From Candidatus Zixiibacteriota bacterium (lineage in GTDB: Bacteria; Zixibacteria; MSB-5A5; GN15; FEB-12): a stretch of DNA of 64,000 nt. A program made the translations under genes and the position numbers. Shown here piece by piece: positions 26,660-35,234 of the stretch (the stretch's first letter is position 1; each line of letters starts with the position of its first letter). The DNA lies in the NCBI GenBank assembly GCA_020351995.1, contig CP070674.1, forward strand, positions 1,413,307-1,477,306, in the 5' to 3' direction. The notes under the pieces are model-generated. The model was not told where the DNA came from. It saw only the letters and a program-made list of their open reading frames with translations, and ran no database searches.

Positions 26660-29600
26660 CTATGGCACGTTGATTGTGTAACTCTGGTAGTCGGTGCCAT
26701 AGTCATTGGTCGCCTCAATCACGACATCGTAATCGCCCGAAGAACCGGGCGTAAACTCCACTTCGCCGGTCACAGGGTCTATGGTCATCCCGCTCGGGTA
26801 GGTTGTCAATGCGTAAGTTGGGGCGGGATACCCGCTGGCGTCAGCGTCGTACGTGTACAGTACACCGACGGACCCGGTCGTTATCGGCGTGGACGTAAAC
26901 GACGGCGCAATTCCAACTACCGTAATAGCAAATGACTGAGTGTCGCTGCCGTAAGAGTTGATAGCAACAACCGTGACGTCATAATCACCAACATCAGCCG
27001 GGGTCCACTCGATCACGCCGGTATTGGCATCGACTGTCATACCCGACGGCTTTGTCGTCAGCGCGTAAGTCGGGGCCGGATAGCCATCAGCTTCAACATC
27101 ATAGCTGTAAAGTTGACCGTAGGTACCCGTTGTGACCGCCGTGGAAGTGATTGTCGGGACCTCGACGATGGTCAACACGAAGTCATCAGTATCGGTGCCG
27201 TAAGCGTTGGTAGCTTCAACGACTACATCGAAATCACCCACTCCCGTCGGGGTCCAGGCAATTTCCCCGGTGATGGGATCAATCGTCATTCCCGTCGGGT
27301 AAGTCGTCAGCGAATAGGTTGGAGCAGGGTAACCCGTGGCATCGGCATCTTCAGTGAAACCTACGCTAAGAAGCTGTACCTGATCAGGGATATCAGCCAG
27401 GAAAGGCGCCACGCCCGATACACTGATAGTGAACGGCTGCGTATCGGTGCCATAAATATTGGTAGCTTCAACAACCACATTATAATCGCCTATATCCGAC
27501 GGTGTCCACTCTACCACACCCGTATTGGCGTCAATTGTCATACCTGTTGGGTATGTTGTCAGTGAGTAAGTTGCCGCCGGGTAGCCTCCGGCCTCGGCGT
27601 CATAGCTATACAATTGGCCATAAGTACCTGTCGTCACCGGCGTTGACGTAAACGCCGGGGCAACACCTGTCACCGAGATCGTGAAGCTCTGGGGTGTCGT
27701 TCCAGCGGAGTTGGTGGCTTCAATGACAACGTCGACATTCCCGGTATCAGACGGCGTCCAGCGAACCAAACCCGTACCACTATTGATAGTCATTCCCGCG
27801 GGGTACGTAGTAAGAGAATATGTCGGCGTCGGCTCACCGGTAGCGTCGGCGTTGTACTCATAGAGTACATTATAGGTACCGGTGGTTATCGGAGTCGAGG
27901 TGAAGGTCGGCGGTATTCCTACAACGGTAAGGATGAAACTCTGGGTGTCGGCGCCATTAACATTAGCCGCTTCAACCTCCACATCGTAATCCCCGATACT
28001 GCCCGGGGTCCAAGTAATTACACCAGTGGTGGCGTTAATCTTCATGGCCGAAGGAGACGTTATCAAATCGAACGTAGGTGCCGGATTTCCCGTAGCCTCG
28101 ACATCATAAGTGTATGGTTGGTCAATCGTGGCAGTCGTAACCGGTGTTGATGTTATCACGGCTCCAGCCGGGGCCGCCGATACACTGATCGTGAAATTCT
28201 GGTATGCGGTTCCATAAGTGTTAGTGGCCTCGATTTCGACATCGTAGTCACCCTCCGAATCCGGGGTCCATTCCACAAGACCGGTTCCGCTATTAATCGT
28301 CATTCCGGTCGGATAGGTGGTTAGCGAATACGTCGGGGTCGGATAACCATCGGCATCCGCGTCATAGGAATATAGTACACCGGTTACTCCGGTAGTGACC
28401 GGCGTCGAGGTAAAGCTCGGCGCGACACCGCTCACGGATATGGTAAAGCTCTGATAATCCGTGCCGTAAATATTGGTAGCTTCCACCACAACATCGGCAT
28501 CGCCGGTGGCGTCTGGTGTCCATTCAATGACACCGGTGTTGCCATCGATGGTCATCCCGGTCGGGTACGTTGTGAGAGCGAATGTCGCCGCAGGGTATCC
28601 GCTGGCATTGGCATCATAGCTGTAGAGCTGACCGTAAGTCGCCGTGGTAACAGGAGTTGACGTAAACGCTGGAGCCACACCGGTGACACCGATAGTATAG
28701 CTCTGCTGTGTACTTCCGGCGGCATTGATCGCTTCGATAACGACATCGACATCACCCGTATCTGCGGGCGTCCAGCGTACAACACCGGTTCCACTATTGA
28801 TTGTCATACCGGCTGGCCCATCGAGCAGGGCGTAGGTAGGCGTGGGATCGCCCGTGGCGTCGGCATCATACTCGTACTGTACACCGTAGGTCGCCGTAAG
28901 AATCGGCGTGGAGGTAAAGCTTGGAGCAACTCCCGACACCGTCACCACGAAACTCTGGGTGTCGGCGCCATTGACGTTAAGAGCCTCCACTTCAACATCG
29001 AAGTCACCGACAGACCCCGGTGTCCAGCTGATAAGCCCGGTCGTTGAGTTGATGTTCATGCCCGACGGCGAGGTAATGAGGTCAAACGTCGGGGCCGGGT
29101 AGCCGGTAGCCTCAACGTCGTAAGCATACGCCTGCCCCACCGTCACGCTCGTGACAGGTGTAGAGGTAATCACCGGTGGTTCCGGGGTTCCGGAAACCGA
29201 TATGGTGTAATTCTGAATATCAAGACCGTAGGCGTTACTGGCTTCGATAGTAACATCAACATCACCCTCTTCGGTCGGTGTCCACTGCACCACACCGGTC
29301 GCCGGATCAATCGTCATACCGGTCGGGAATTCTGTAAGGGCGAACGTCGCCGCCGGGTAACCGTCGGTCTCGGCATCATAACTATATAGCACTCCAACCA
29401 CACCGGTCGTCGGAGGACTTGATATAAAAGTCGGGGCAATGCCGGCCACCGAAATAGTGAAATTCTGAATGTCCGTTCCATAAGCGTTTGCGGCCTCGAC
29501 GATGACATTATGATCGCCATCATCATCCGGTGTCCACTGAATAAGGCCGCTCGCCGGGTCAATCGTCATTCCGGTGGGGAAGGTTGTCAGCGAGAACGTA

Positions 29601-32182
29601 GCCGCCGGGTAACCATCGGCGTCGGCATCATAACTATATAATTGTTGATATGTTCCGGTGGTGATCGGGGTCGAGGTAAAGGTCGGCGCGATTCCGGCTA
29701 CCGATATGGTGAAGCTCTGCGGATCGGTACCCGAACTGTTACTGGCTTCAACCACAACATCGTAATCCCCTACGTCACCAGGCGTCCACTGAATCAGCCC
29801 CGTAGCCGGGTCGATGGTCATCCCGGTAGGGTAAGTCGTGAGCGCGAAGGTTGGGGCCGGATTGCCGCTTGCTTCAACATCGTATGTGTATAATTGATTG
29901 TACGTCCCGGTGAGAATAGGAGTCGAGGTGATCACTGGCGCCTCGGCAGGCAGGACCGAGATTGTGAAATTCTGCGGCGTCGTGCCGGCCGAGTTAGTGG
30001 CCTCCAGAACAACGTCGTAGTCACCGTCCGAAGGCGGAGTCCACTGGATAAGACCGGTAATAGGATCGACAGTCATTCCGGCCGGAAAGGTAACCAGAGA
30101 ATAACTGGGCACCGGATACCCGTCAGCATCGGCGTCATAAACATATAGTTCACCGGAAACACCTGTCAGGGGTGGGCTTGTGGTAAACGAAGGGGCGATA
30201 CCGCTGACCGAGATGGTATAGGGCTGATAATCATCGCCCCACGTATTCGAAGCGTTAATGGTAACATCGAAATCGCCAACGTCATCCGGCGTCCATTCTA
30301 CGAGGCCGGTAACCGGATCGATAGTCATTCCCGGCGGTGCCAAAGTAAGTGAGAAATCCGGATCTGGGTCGCCATCGGCGTTGGCGTCATAGCTATACAG
30401 CACACCGTAAGTAGCCGTCGTTACTGGAGTGGACGTGAACATGGGCGCGATTCCGCCGAGGGGACAGTCGATTGGAGCGGGGCCGCCGCGGTGCAGGTAG
30501 TCGATCAAATAGTCAACATCGAGAATATCTACCTGGTCATTGTCATCGGCATCGGCCTCCTGCTCGCAAATCGGTGCCGAGCCGTCTCGAAAGAGATAGT
30601 CGACTATAAAGTCCAGGTCAAGAAGATCGAATTGACCGTTATGGTCGGCATCGCCACGCAATTCACAGCACTCCAGCCATTCAAGCTCGGTGTTGACGTA
30701 TAAATACATTCGCTCACCCACAATTGAGTCAACCCGCACATAGATGCCCGAATAACCATAGTAACTGTCACTGCTCGGATAAGTCTGCGGACCAAACTCG
30801 CTCTGTCCGGGGACATCGGACGAAAAAAGCGCCCCTTTTCTGGTCTCCCAGGGATACCACCATTGGGCGCTGTCGGTCAAACGGCCTTCAGGGTTATAAG
30901 TATAATCCTTGAGCGGGTTGTAACCGGCATCCTCGACGCACACGGCATAGTGGGGATCTAAGGGCGTTCCCTGGTTGAGTGATATAATCTCTTGGGGGTC
31001 GACCAGCGAATCATCAATATGTGTTATCAATAGTCCGCGGTCCAGCACGTCATAACCGAACGTGAGATTGGGATAGAACCATGAGCAAAAATCGGAGTCG
31101 AATTTATCGAACTTACCTGCTGACTGCGGATTTCGGTACTCGAGTAAGAAGTACTCCAGGTCGCTGTCATTGATGGGTATTCTATATAATGAAGAATCTG
31201 CGGTTGTCTCAACATTGTATATGACGAGATCATGATACTCGCCCTCAAGAATGATCGGCTCGATATACCCCAGCCGCACCTTGTTCCAGCCGCAGTAATG
31301 ATTGGCGCTTACCCCGCCCAGCGACAAATAACCGTAGCCATAGTAACCCATTGGATCCCAATCAACAAGCGGATGGTCGTTCTGGTCGTTCGCAATATTA
31401 TAGGTCGATGTCACCAGTTTGCCGTCGTAGTCGTACAGGTCTGCCAGGCCGATGTTATGGCCAACTTCGTGAACAAACACGCGGATACCGCTCCGTACAG
31501 TCTCTCCGCTGAACTGCACCGGGTATATGGGGTCCCGCAGTGGTTTGAGCTCCGGACAGGTGTTCCAGGCGTCCACCTGGACCCGGTCATAGCGGCCCCA
31601 GCCCTGATCACTGGCAGCGGCATAGGACCAGATATCGAGAGGATCCTGGGAATCTTCTTCTCCGACACCGGAACGGATGAAACAGATCGCGTCGGCCTTC
31701 CTATCCTCGTTGCCATCATATAGAGAATAGTCAATGTACGGATCTAATATCTCAAACAGCGAACTGAATGGAAAATACTTTCCAAATGTGGGGCCGGCGT
31801 TGTACCAATCAAATACATCGCCGGTAAGCTTCACCTGGCCATACGAAACCTCATGGATGTAATCGGCCAGAGAACCCTCGGGAAGAACGTCGCGGGAGAA
31901 GAGCAAAGTATCGAAAGCCTGCCATGGTAACGTCCCGGGCCGATCTCCCCATTCCACCAGAATAGCCAGCAGCCTGAGACTGTCTCCCTTAAAGCTTGCC
32001 GCTGAGAGGAGGTCAGCTTGTGTCCCGGCATATCCGTGCCAGGGAAGTCTGCCCCATTGAACCTGGACCTGTGATTCGGGCATATCGAAGACGAGAAAAT
32101 AATCGGGGTCGGAAGCCAGCGCGGGCACGCCAAGGAGTAAGACAAGGCTGCCAATTAGAAGTTTTCTGGGCATTTTCTTCAC
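26660..32182 (-). CDS. Giant secreted protein: M6/InhA-like metalloprotease domain + internal dockerin-like module + 15 tandem He_PIG/cadherin-like Ig repeats
   Basis: 1840 aa with signal peptide MKKMPRKLLIGSLVLLLGVPALA. Zinc site FVHEVGHNIGLADLYDYDG, with HEVGH at 31457..31471. Dockerin-like CCELRGDADHNGQFDLLDLDFIVDYLFRDGSAPICEQEADADDNDQVDILDVDYLIDYLHRGGPAPIDC at 30455..30673. Repeats span 26663..30454. Confidence 0.9.
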   Translation of the reverse strand: MKKMPRKLLIGSLVLLLGVPALASDPDYFLVFDMPESQVQVQWGRLPWHGYAGTQADLLSAASFKGDSLRLLAILVEWGDRPGTLPWQAFDTLLFSRDVLPEGSLADYIHEVSYGQVKLTGDVFDWYNAGPTFGKYFPFSSLFEILDPYIDYSLYDGNEDRKADAICFIRSGVGEEDSQDPLDIWSYAAASDQGWGRYDRVQVDAWNTCPELKPLRDPIYPVQFSGETVRSGIRVFVHEVGHNIGLADLYDYDGKLVTSTYNIANDQNDHPLVDWDPMGYYGYGYLSLGGVSANHYCGWNKVRLGYIEPIILEGEYHDLVIYNVETTADSSLYRIPINDSDLEYFLLEYRNPQSAGKFDKFDSDFCSWFYPNLTFGYDVLDRGLLITHIDDSLVDPQEIISLNQGTPLDPHYAVCVEDAGYNPLKDYTYNPEGRLTDSAQWWYPWETRKGALFSSDVPGQSEFGPQTYPSSDSYYGYSGIYVRVDSIVGERMYLYVNTELEWLECCELRGDADHNGQFDLLDLDFIVDYLFRDGSAPICEQEADADDNDQVDILDVDYLIDYLHRGGPAPIDCPLGGIAPMFTSTPVTTATYGVLYSYDANADGDPDPDFSLTLAPPGMTIDPVTGLVEWTPDDVGDFDVTINASNTWGDDYQPYTISVSGIAPSFTTSPPLTGVSGELYVYDADADGYPVPSYSLVTFPAGMTVDPITGLIQWTPPSDGDYDVVLEATNSAGTTPQNFTISVLPAEAPVITSTPILTGTYNQLYTYDVEASGNPAPTFALTTYPTGMTIDPATGLIQWTPGDVGDYDVVVEASNSSGTDPQSFTISVAGIAPTFTSTPITTGTYQQLYSYDADADGYPAATFSLTTFPTGMTIDPASGLIQWTPDDDGDHNVIVEAANAYGTDIQNFTISVAGIAPTFISSPPTTGVVGVLYSYDAETDGYPAATFALTEFPTGMTIDPATGVVQWTPTEEGDVDVTIEASNAYGLDIQNYTISVSGTPEPPVITSTPVTSVTVGQAYAYDVEATGYPAPTFDLITSPSGMNINSTTGLISWTPGSVGDFDVEVEALNVNGADTQSFVVTVSGVAPSFTSTPILTATYGVQYEYDADATGDPTPTYALLDGPAGMTINSGTGVVRWTPADTGDVDVVIEAINAAGSTQQSYTIGVTGVAPAFTSTPVTTATYGQLYSYDANASGYPAATFALTTYPTGMTIDGNTGVIEWTPDATGDADVVVEATNIYGTDYQSFTISVSGVAPSFTSTPVTTGVTGVLYSYDADADGYPTPTYSLTTYPTGMTINSGTGLVEWTPDSEGDYDVEIEATNTYGTAYQNFTISVSAAPAGAVITSTPVTTATIDQPYTYDVEATGNPAPTFDLITSPSAMKINATTGVITWTPGSIGDYDVEVEAANVNGADTQSFILTVVGIPPTFTSTPITTGTYNVLYEYNADATGEPTPTYSLTTYPAGMTINSGTGLVRWTPSDTGNVDVVIEATNSAGTTPQSFTISVTGVAPAFTSTPVTTGTYGQLYSYDAEAGGYPAATYSLTTYPTGMTIDANTGVVEWTPSDIGDYNVVVEATNIYGTDTQPFTISVSGVAPFLADIPDQVQLLSVGFTEDADATGYPAPTYSLTTYPTGMTIDPITGEIAWTPTGVGDFDVVVEATNAYGTDTDDFVLTIVEVPTITSTAVTTGTYGQLYSYDVEADGYPAPTYALTTKPSGMTVDANTGVIEWTPADVGDYDVTVVAINSYGSDTQSFAITVVGIAPSFTSTPITTGSVGVLYTYDADASGYPAPTYALTTYPSGMTIDPVTGEVEFTPGSSGDYDVVIEATNDYGTDYQSYTINVP
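26663..30454 (-). repeat. 15 tandem coding repeats of 246-258 nt (82-86 aa Ig-like units)
   Basis: Repeat boundaries counted by hand. Consensus: G(V/I)AP.FTSTP.TT.TYG.LYSYDADA.GYPAPTY.LTTYP.GMTID..TG...WTP...GDYDVV.EATN.YGTD.Q.FTISV. Confidence 0.9.
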
Positions 32183-32318
32183 TGTTGTTGTCCTGTTCTT
32201 AACTGGTGTGTACGTAAGTGTCAGAGTTCTTAAGTAATCGGAGTAAATCTCTCACCCGGACGGGGGTCCTGGGGCGAATCGGGTAAAGTGCTACTCGACA
32301 CGGTGATTAACTGGCCTA

Positions 32319-32347
32319 AATATAGGCTACAAAGTCTTTTTTGTCAA
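32319..32347 (-). promoter_or_regulatory. Sigma70-type promoter TTGACA-N17-TATATT for the giant gene
   Basis: The minus strand reads gtgTTGACAaaaaagactttgtagccTATATTtagg. This implies a leader of about 130 nt. Confidence 0.65.
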
Positions 32348-32353
32348 CACTTT

Positions 32354-32407
32354 GTCTTCCTTCAGAAGACATTATTTCCGATCGGAAAGTGTTCATATAA
32401 TGAACAC
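32354..32407. promoter_or_regulatory. Three back-to-back inverted repeats immediately upstream of the giant-gene -35
   Basis: GTCTTC-N5-GAAGAC at 32354..32370. The perfect 14-bp palindrome TTTCCGATCGGAAA at 32375..32388. GTGTTCA-N5-TGAACAC at 32389..32407. Confidence 0.5.
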
Positions 32408-32674
32408 CGAAAAACGTCCTCCTGTATCCGGCAAACATTCATTGTTATTTCTGTCTTAATTATCGGCCGCAAGACCATCTACCTGCACCCGCAAAATCAA
32501 GCGAAGGCGATAAAGCCAAAGGCCTTACGCTTGTCACGTGAGGCTCAATGAGAAGATCTTGTTTCTTCTCAAAGGTGAGGTTATTTGCAGTGACGGTGCC
32601 CCGCTTATGGCATCAGCCCCCTGCCATACGTGCTAAACACGTATATGGAAGGCTCCATAAGTCGTATTAAATAT

Positions 32675-32762
32675 TGGTGCCGAAGGGGGGACTCGAACCC
32701 CCACTCCCGTAAAGAGAACTGCGCCCTGAACGCAGCGCGTCTACCAGTTTCACCACTTCGGC
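32675..32762 (-). tRNA. tRNA-Leu (anticodon CAG), CCA encoded
   Basis: Folded by hand. Acceptor GCCGAAG/CTTCGGC, anticodon stem CTGCG/CGCAG with loop TTCAGGG, long variable arm, T arm GGGGG-TTCGAGT-CCCCC, discriminator A and CCA. Confidence 0.9.
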
Positions 32763-32912
32763 ACACGGTGAACCGCGCTAATAATAGTCCAAGACACTAA
32801 GGTTGTCAAGCAAGTTCGCGCGCAGACGCATAAACCCGATATAGCACAACGCCTTTAAGTTACAGAAAAAAGGTTGCCCTCACTCACAGCCAGCCATATA
32901 CTTAACGACTAA

Positions 32913-33923
32913 ATGGATAAGAGACAGGGAACGACGGCAATGAACCTTATGCGCATATGTTGGCGCTGGCTCGGTCCTATCCTTCTGATGCTTATGACCC
33001 ATAATTCCGTTGCGGGTGACGAGGAAGTAATAATCAGAGATCGGGGTTTTGACCGGGAATTCAAAATAAAATATCCTGACGAATGCATATCGTACCAGTT
33101 CGACATCGATTCGCTGCCGTACAGCAAGCTATCCAACATCACCTATTCCGAAAAAACACTTAACGATACATCCGGATTCATTGATGGCGACGGTATTGCC
33201 ATGACCAAATACAGGGGTCGGCTCTACTACCACCCTGTAAACATGTGCCACCGGGCATTTCAGATAGTGGCCGCTTACCGCGAAACCGGGGATTCAACGT
33301 ATCTTCATTTGGCCGAGCGACATGTAAAACGGCTAATAAAGGAAAGCCACGAGTACGATGGAGCTATATACTATACCTATGCGATGAACCACAAGGTTCA
33401 CAGTCAGAACAGAGCCTTGCTAACAGCACCCTGGTACTCCGGTATGGCCCAGGGTGAAATTCTCGGACTGATGGTGCGGATGTTCTGGGCCACCGGTGAC
33501 TCAATATATGTTGAGTATGCACGCAGAACCTTCAGGTCCTTCCTCAGGCCGCGCGGGGGATTCGAGCCCTGGACGGTGTTCGTCGATCATACTGGATGTT
33601 ACTGGATTGAGGAATATCCCACCGAGGATCCGAGCAAGACACTTAATGGATTTATCTATGCTCTCTACGGTGTCTATGATTATTATCTACTGACAAACGA
33701 CGACCAGGTTAAGAAAGTCCTTACCGATTGCCTGAGCACGCTAAAGAACTATATTCCTTCTTACCGGCGTCCCGGACAGGCTTCCTTCTACGGTCTTGAG
33801 TTCCGACATTGGTCTCAGCCCTATCACAAAGTGCACGTTAGGCAGCTCAGACAGCTATATAAGATTAGTAAAGATCAGTTCTTTAATGAGTGGGCCAACA
33901 TTTTCGAGCAGGATTTCCACTGA
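32913..33923 (+). CDS. D-glucuronyl C5-epimerase C-terminal-domain family protein (exported)
   Basis: The blocks APWYSGMAQGEILGLMVRMFWATGD and YWIEEYPTEDPSKTLNGFIYALYGVYDYY match my recollection of the animal heparosan C5-epimerase motifs (WYSAMAQGQ..., EEYPT..., VLNGFMYSLIGLYD). A signal-like segment follows the alternative start at 32940. Confidence 0.75.
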   Translation: MDKRQGTTAMNLMRICWRWLGPILLMLMTHNSVAGDEEVIIRDRGFDREFKIKYPDECISYQFDIDSLPYSKLSNITYSEKTLNDTSGFIDGDGIAMTKYRGRLYYHPVNMCHRAFQIVAAYRETGDSTYLHLAERHVKRLIKESHEYDGAIYYTYAMNHKVHSQNRALLTAPWYSGMAQGEILGLMVRMFWATGDSIYVEYARRTFRSFLRPRGGFEPWTVFVDHTGCYWIEEYPTEDPSKTLNGFIYALYGVYDYYLLTNDDQVKKVLTDCLSTLKNYIPSYRRPGQASFYGLEFRHWSQPYHKVHVRQLRQLYKISKDQFFNEWANIFEQDFH

Positions 33924-34040
33924 GGTGACCGTAATCTCGTACCTGTTGGGAATACGTGGCGTTAAGAGTTAATATCCGCATGAACGGAACCACGGATCGG
34001 GGCCGACAACTTATCTGCTGTCGGGCAATCTTCTTTAGAT

Positions 34041-35207
34041 GTGGGGTCGATTGCTATGATTGAAGTTGCACTTCTTATCGTTATTCTGATGTTCAAATTC
34101 GGCCGCGACCTTTCTGGCCTCTCGTATGATTGGTTGGACCGGGCCCTGATCGGCCTCGAATCTCGCATGCGCATGGTTGGTTGGACGCTGCTTCTCTCGC
34201 TGCTGCTTATTGCCCTGGCTACGGTGTATGCTCGTATCGCCGTCGAATGTACCTATCTCGGTAGGCACTATGCCGCGTTGGCAGAGAACCCCTTTGCTCT
34301 TGGCAGCTCAAACCCGGTCTCATATCGCATATTGACTCCCCTTATCAGCTACTTGATCGGCCTTCGTGGCCAGGGAATCATCATCACCAACCTGCTAATA
34401 TCGGTGGTAATGGTAGCATGCGTTTACATGTATTTCCGCAAAACTGCCCCCCGACCTGGAGACGCTTTTCTGATGTCTACTGTGATCACCTTCTCTCTGG
34501 TGGTGCTGACCTCCATACACTGCGGAGGATACTGCGACATCATGTCCTATCTCCTGATTTTTCTCATGTGGTGGTTTCGTAAGCACCGGACGTTGTTCTA
34601 CCTGATGTTCCTGGCCGGACTCCTTAATCGAGAATCCGTTCTGTTTCTGCTGCCGTGGTTCATTGTTATAAGCCTCGATTCTGACAGACCATGGTATCTT
34701 AGGATTGTGGAGATGATATTTGGCTTCGGCATTACTATCCTCGTTTACTACTTATTCCGTCAGTGGGTAACCTCGGGTGCCGAGATAAAGTACTCTCTGA
34801 GCTATTATCTCGAGCCGTTCGTCACGAACCCACTGCAGAGACTCAAACGGACCGTTTATTATCATTCCCTGGGTCTCTTCTCAGTCTACAAAGTTCTCTG
34901 GGTCTTCCCCTGTGTTGCAGCGCTATCCTGGTGGCGCAACCGGAAGTATGCCTCGCTCGCAAACGTTCTCATCCTATTGTTGTGCGCATGGGCACAGCTT
35001 TTTCTCGCCATTGACACATCCCGTATGTTCACATTAGGTTTCATGGTTATGATTGTTGCCGTGGATGACTTGCTCAAGACCGACTTCATGCACTTTCGAC
35101 GGTGGGCATTCTGGGCCGTGCTGTTTAACCTGATGATTCCTCAAGTCTATACTGCGGGTAAAGTGGTAGAAGTGTGGCAGACTCTCACCACGCACATTTC
35201 GTTATGA
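34041..35207 (+). CDS. Polytopic integral membrane protein, unknown function
   Basis: 388 aa with about 9-10 hydrophobic segments and no soluble domain. GTG start at 34041; an ATG lies at 34056. Confidence 0.6.
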   Translation: MGSIAMIEVALLIVILMFKFGRDLSGLSYDWLDRALIGLESRMRMVGWTLLLSLLLIALATVYARIAVECTYLGRHYAALAENPFALGSSNPVSYRILTPLISYLIGLRGQGIIITNLLISVVMVACVYMYFRKTAPRPGDAFLMSTVITFSLVVLTSIHCGGYCDIMSYLLIFLMWWFRKHRTLFYLMFLAGLLNRESVLFLLPWFIVISLDSDRPWYLRIVEMIFGFGITILVYYLFRQWVTSGAEIKYSLSYYLEPFVTNPLQRLKRTVYYHSLGLFSVYKVLWVFPCVAALSWWRNRKYASLANVLILLLCAWAQLFLAIDTSRMFTLGFMVMIVAVDDLLKTDFMHFRRWAFWAVLFNLMIPQVYTAGKVVEVWQTLTTHISL

Positions 35208-35234
35208 CTGCTCTAAGAATCCAGTTGATCCTGA

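Noticed and set aside
26663-30454. A regular ~252-nt periodicity that could be mistaken for a CRISPR or satellite array.
   Set aside because: The period is far too long for CRISPR and there is no repeat/spacer alternation. The whole array is one open reading frame encoding 15 Ig-like domains.
32288-32551. 87-aa plus-strand ORF in the region upstream of the giant gene.
   Set aside because: It has no RBS, runs across the three palindromes and the predicted minus-strand promoter, and its composition is not protein-like.
32675-32912. tRNA-Leu as the attachment site of a mobile genomic island.
   Set aside because: There is no integrase, recombinase or transposase in the window. By eye I found no direct repeat of the tRNA 3' end at the far side, near 41.5 kb. 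Only the compositional shift is reported, in the findings, and no mobile element is called.
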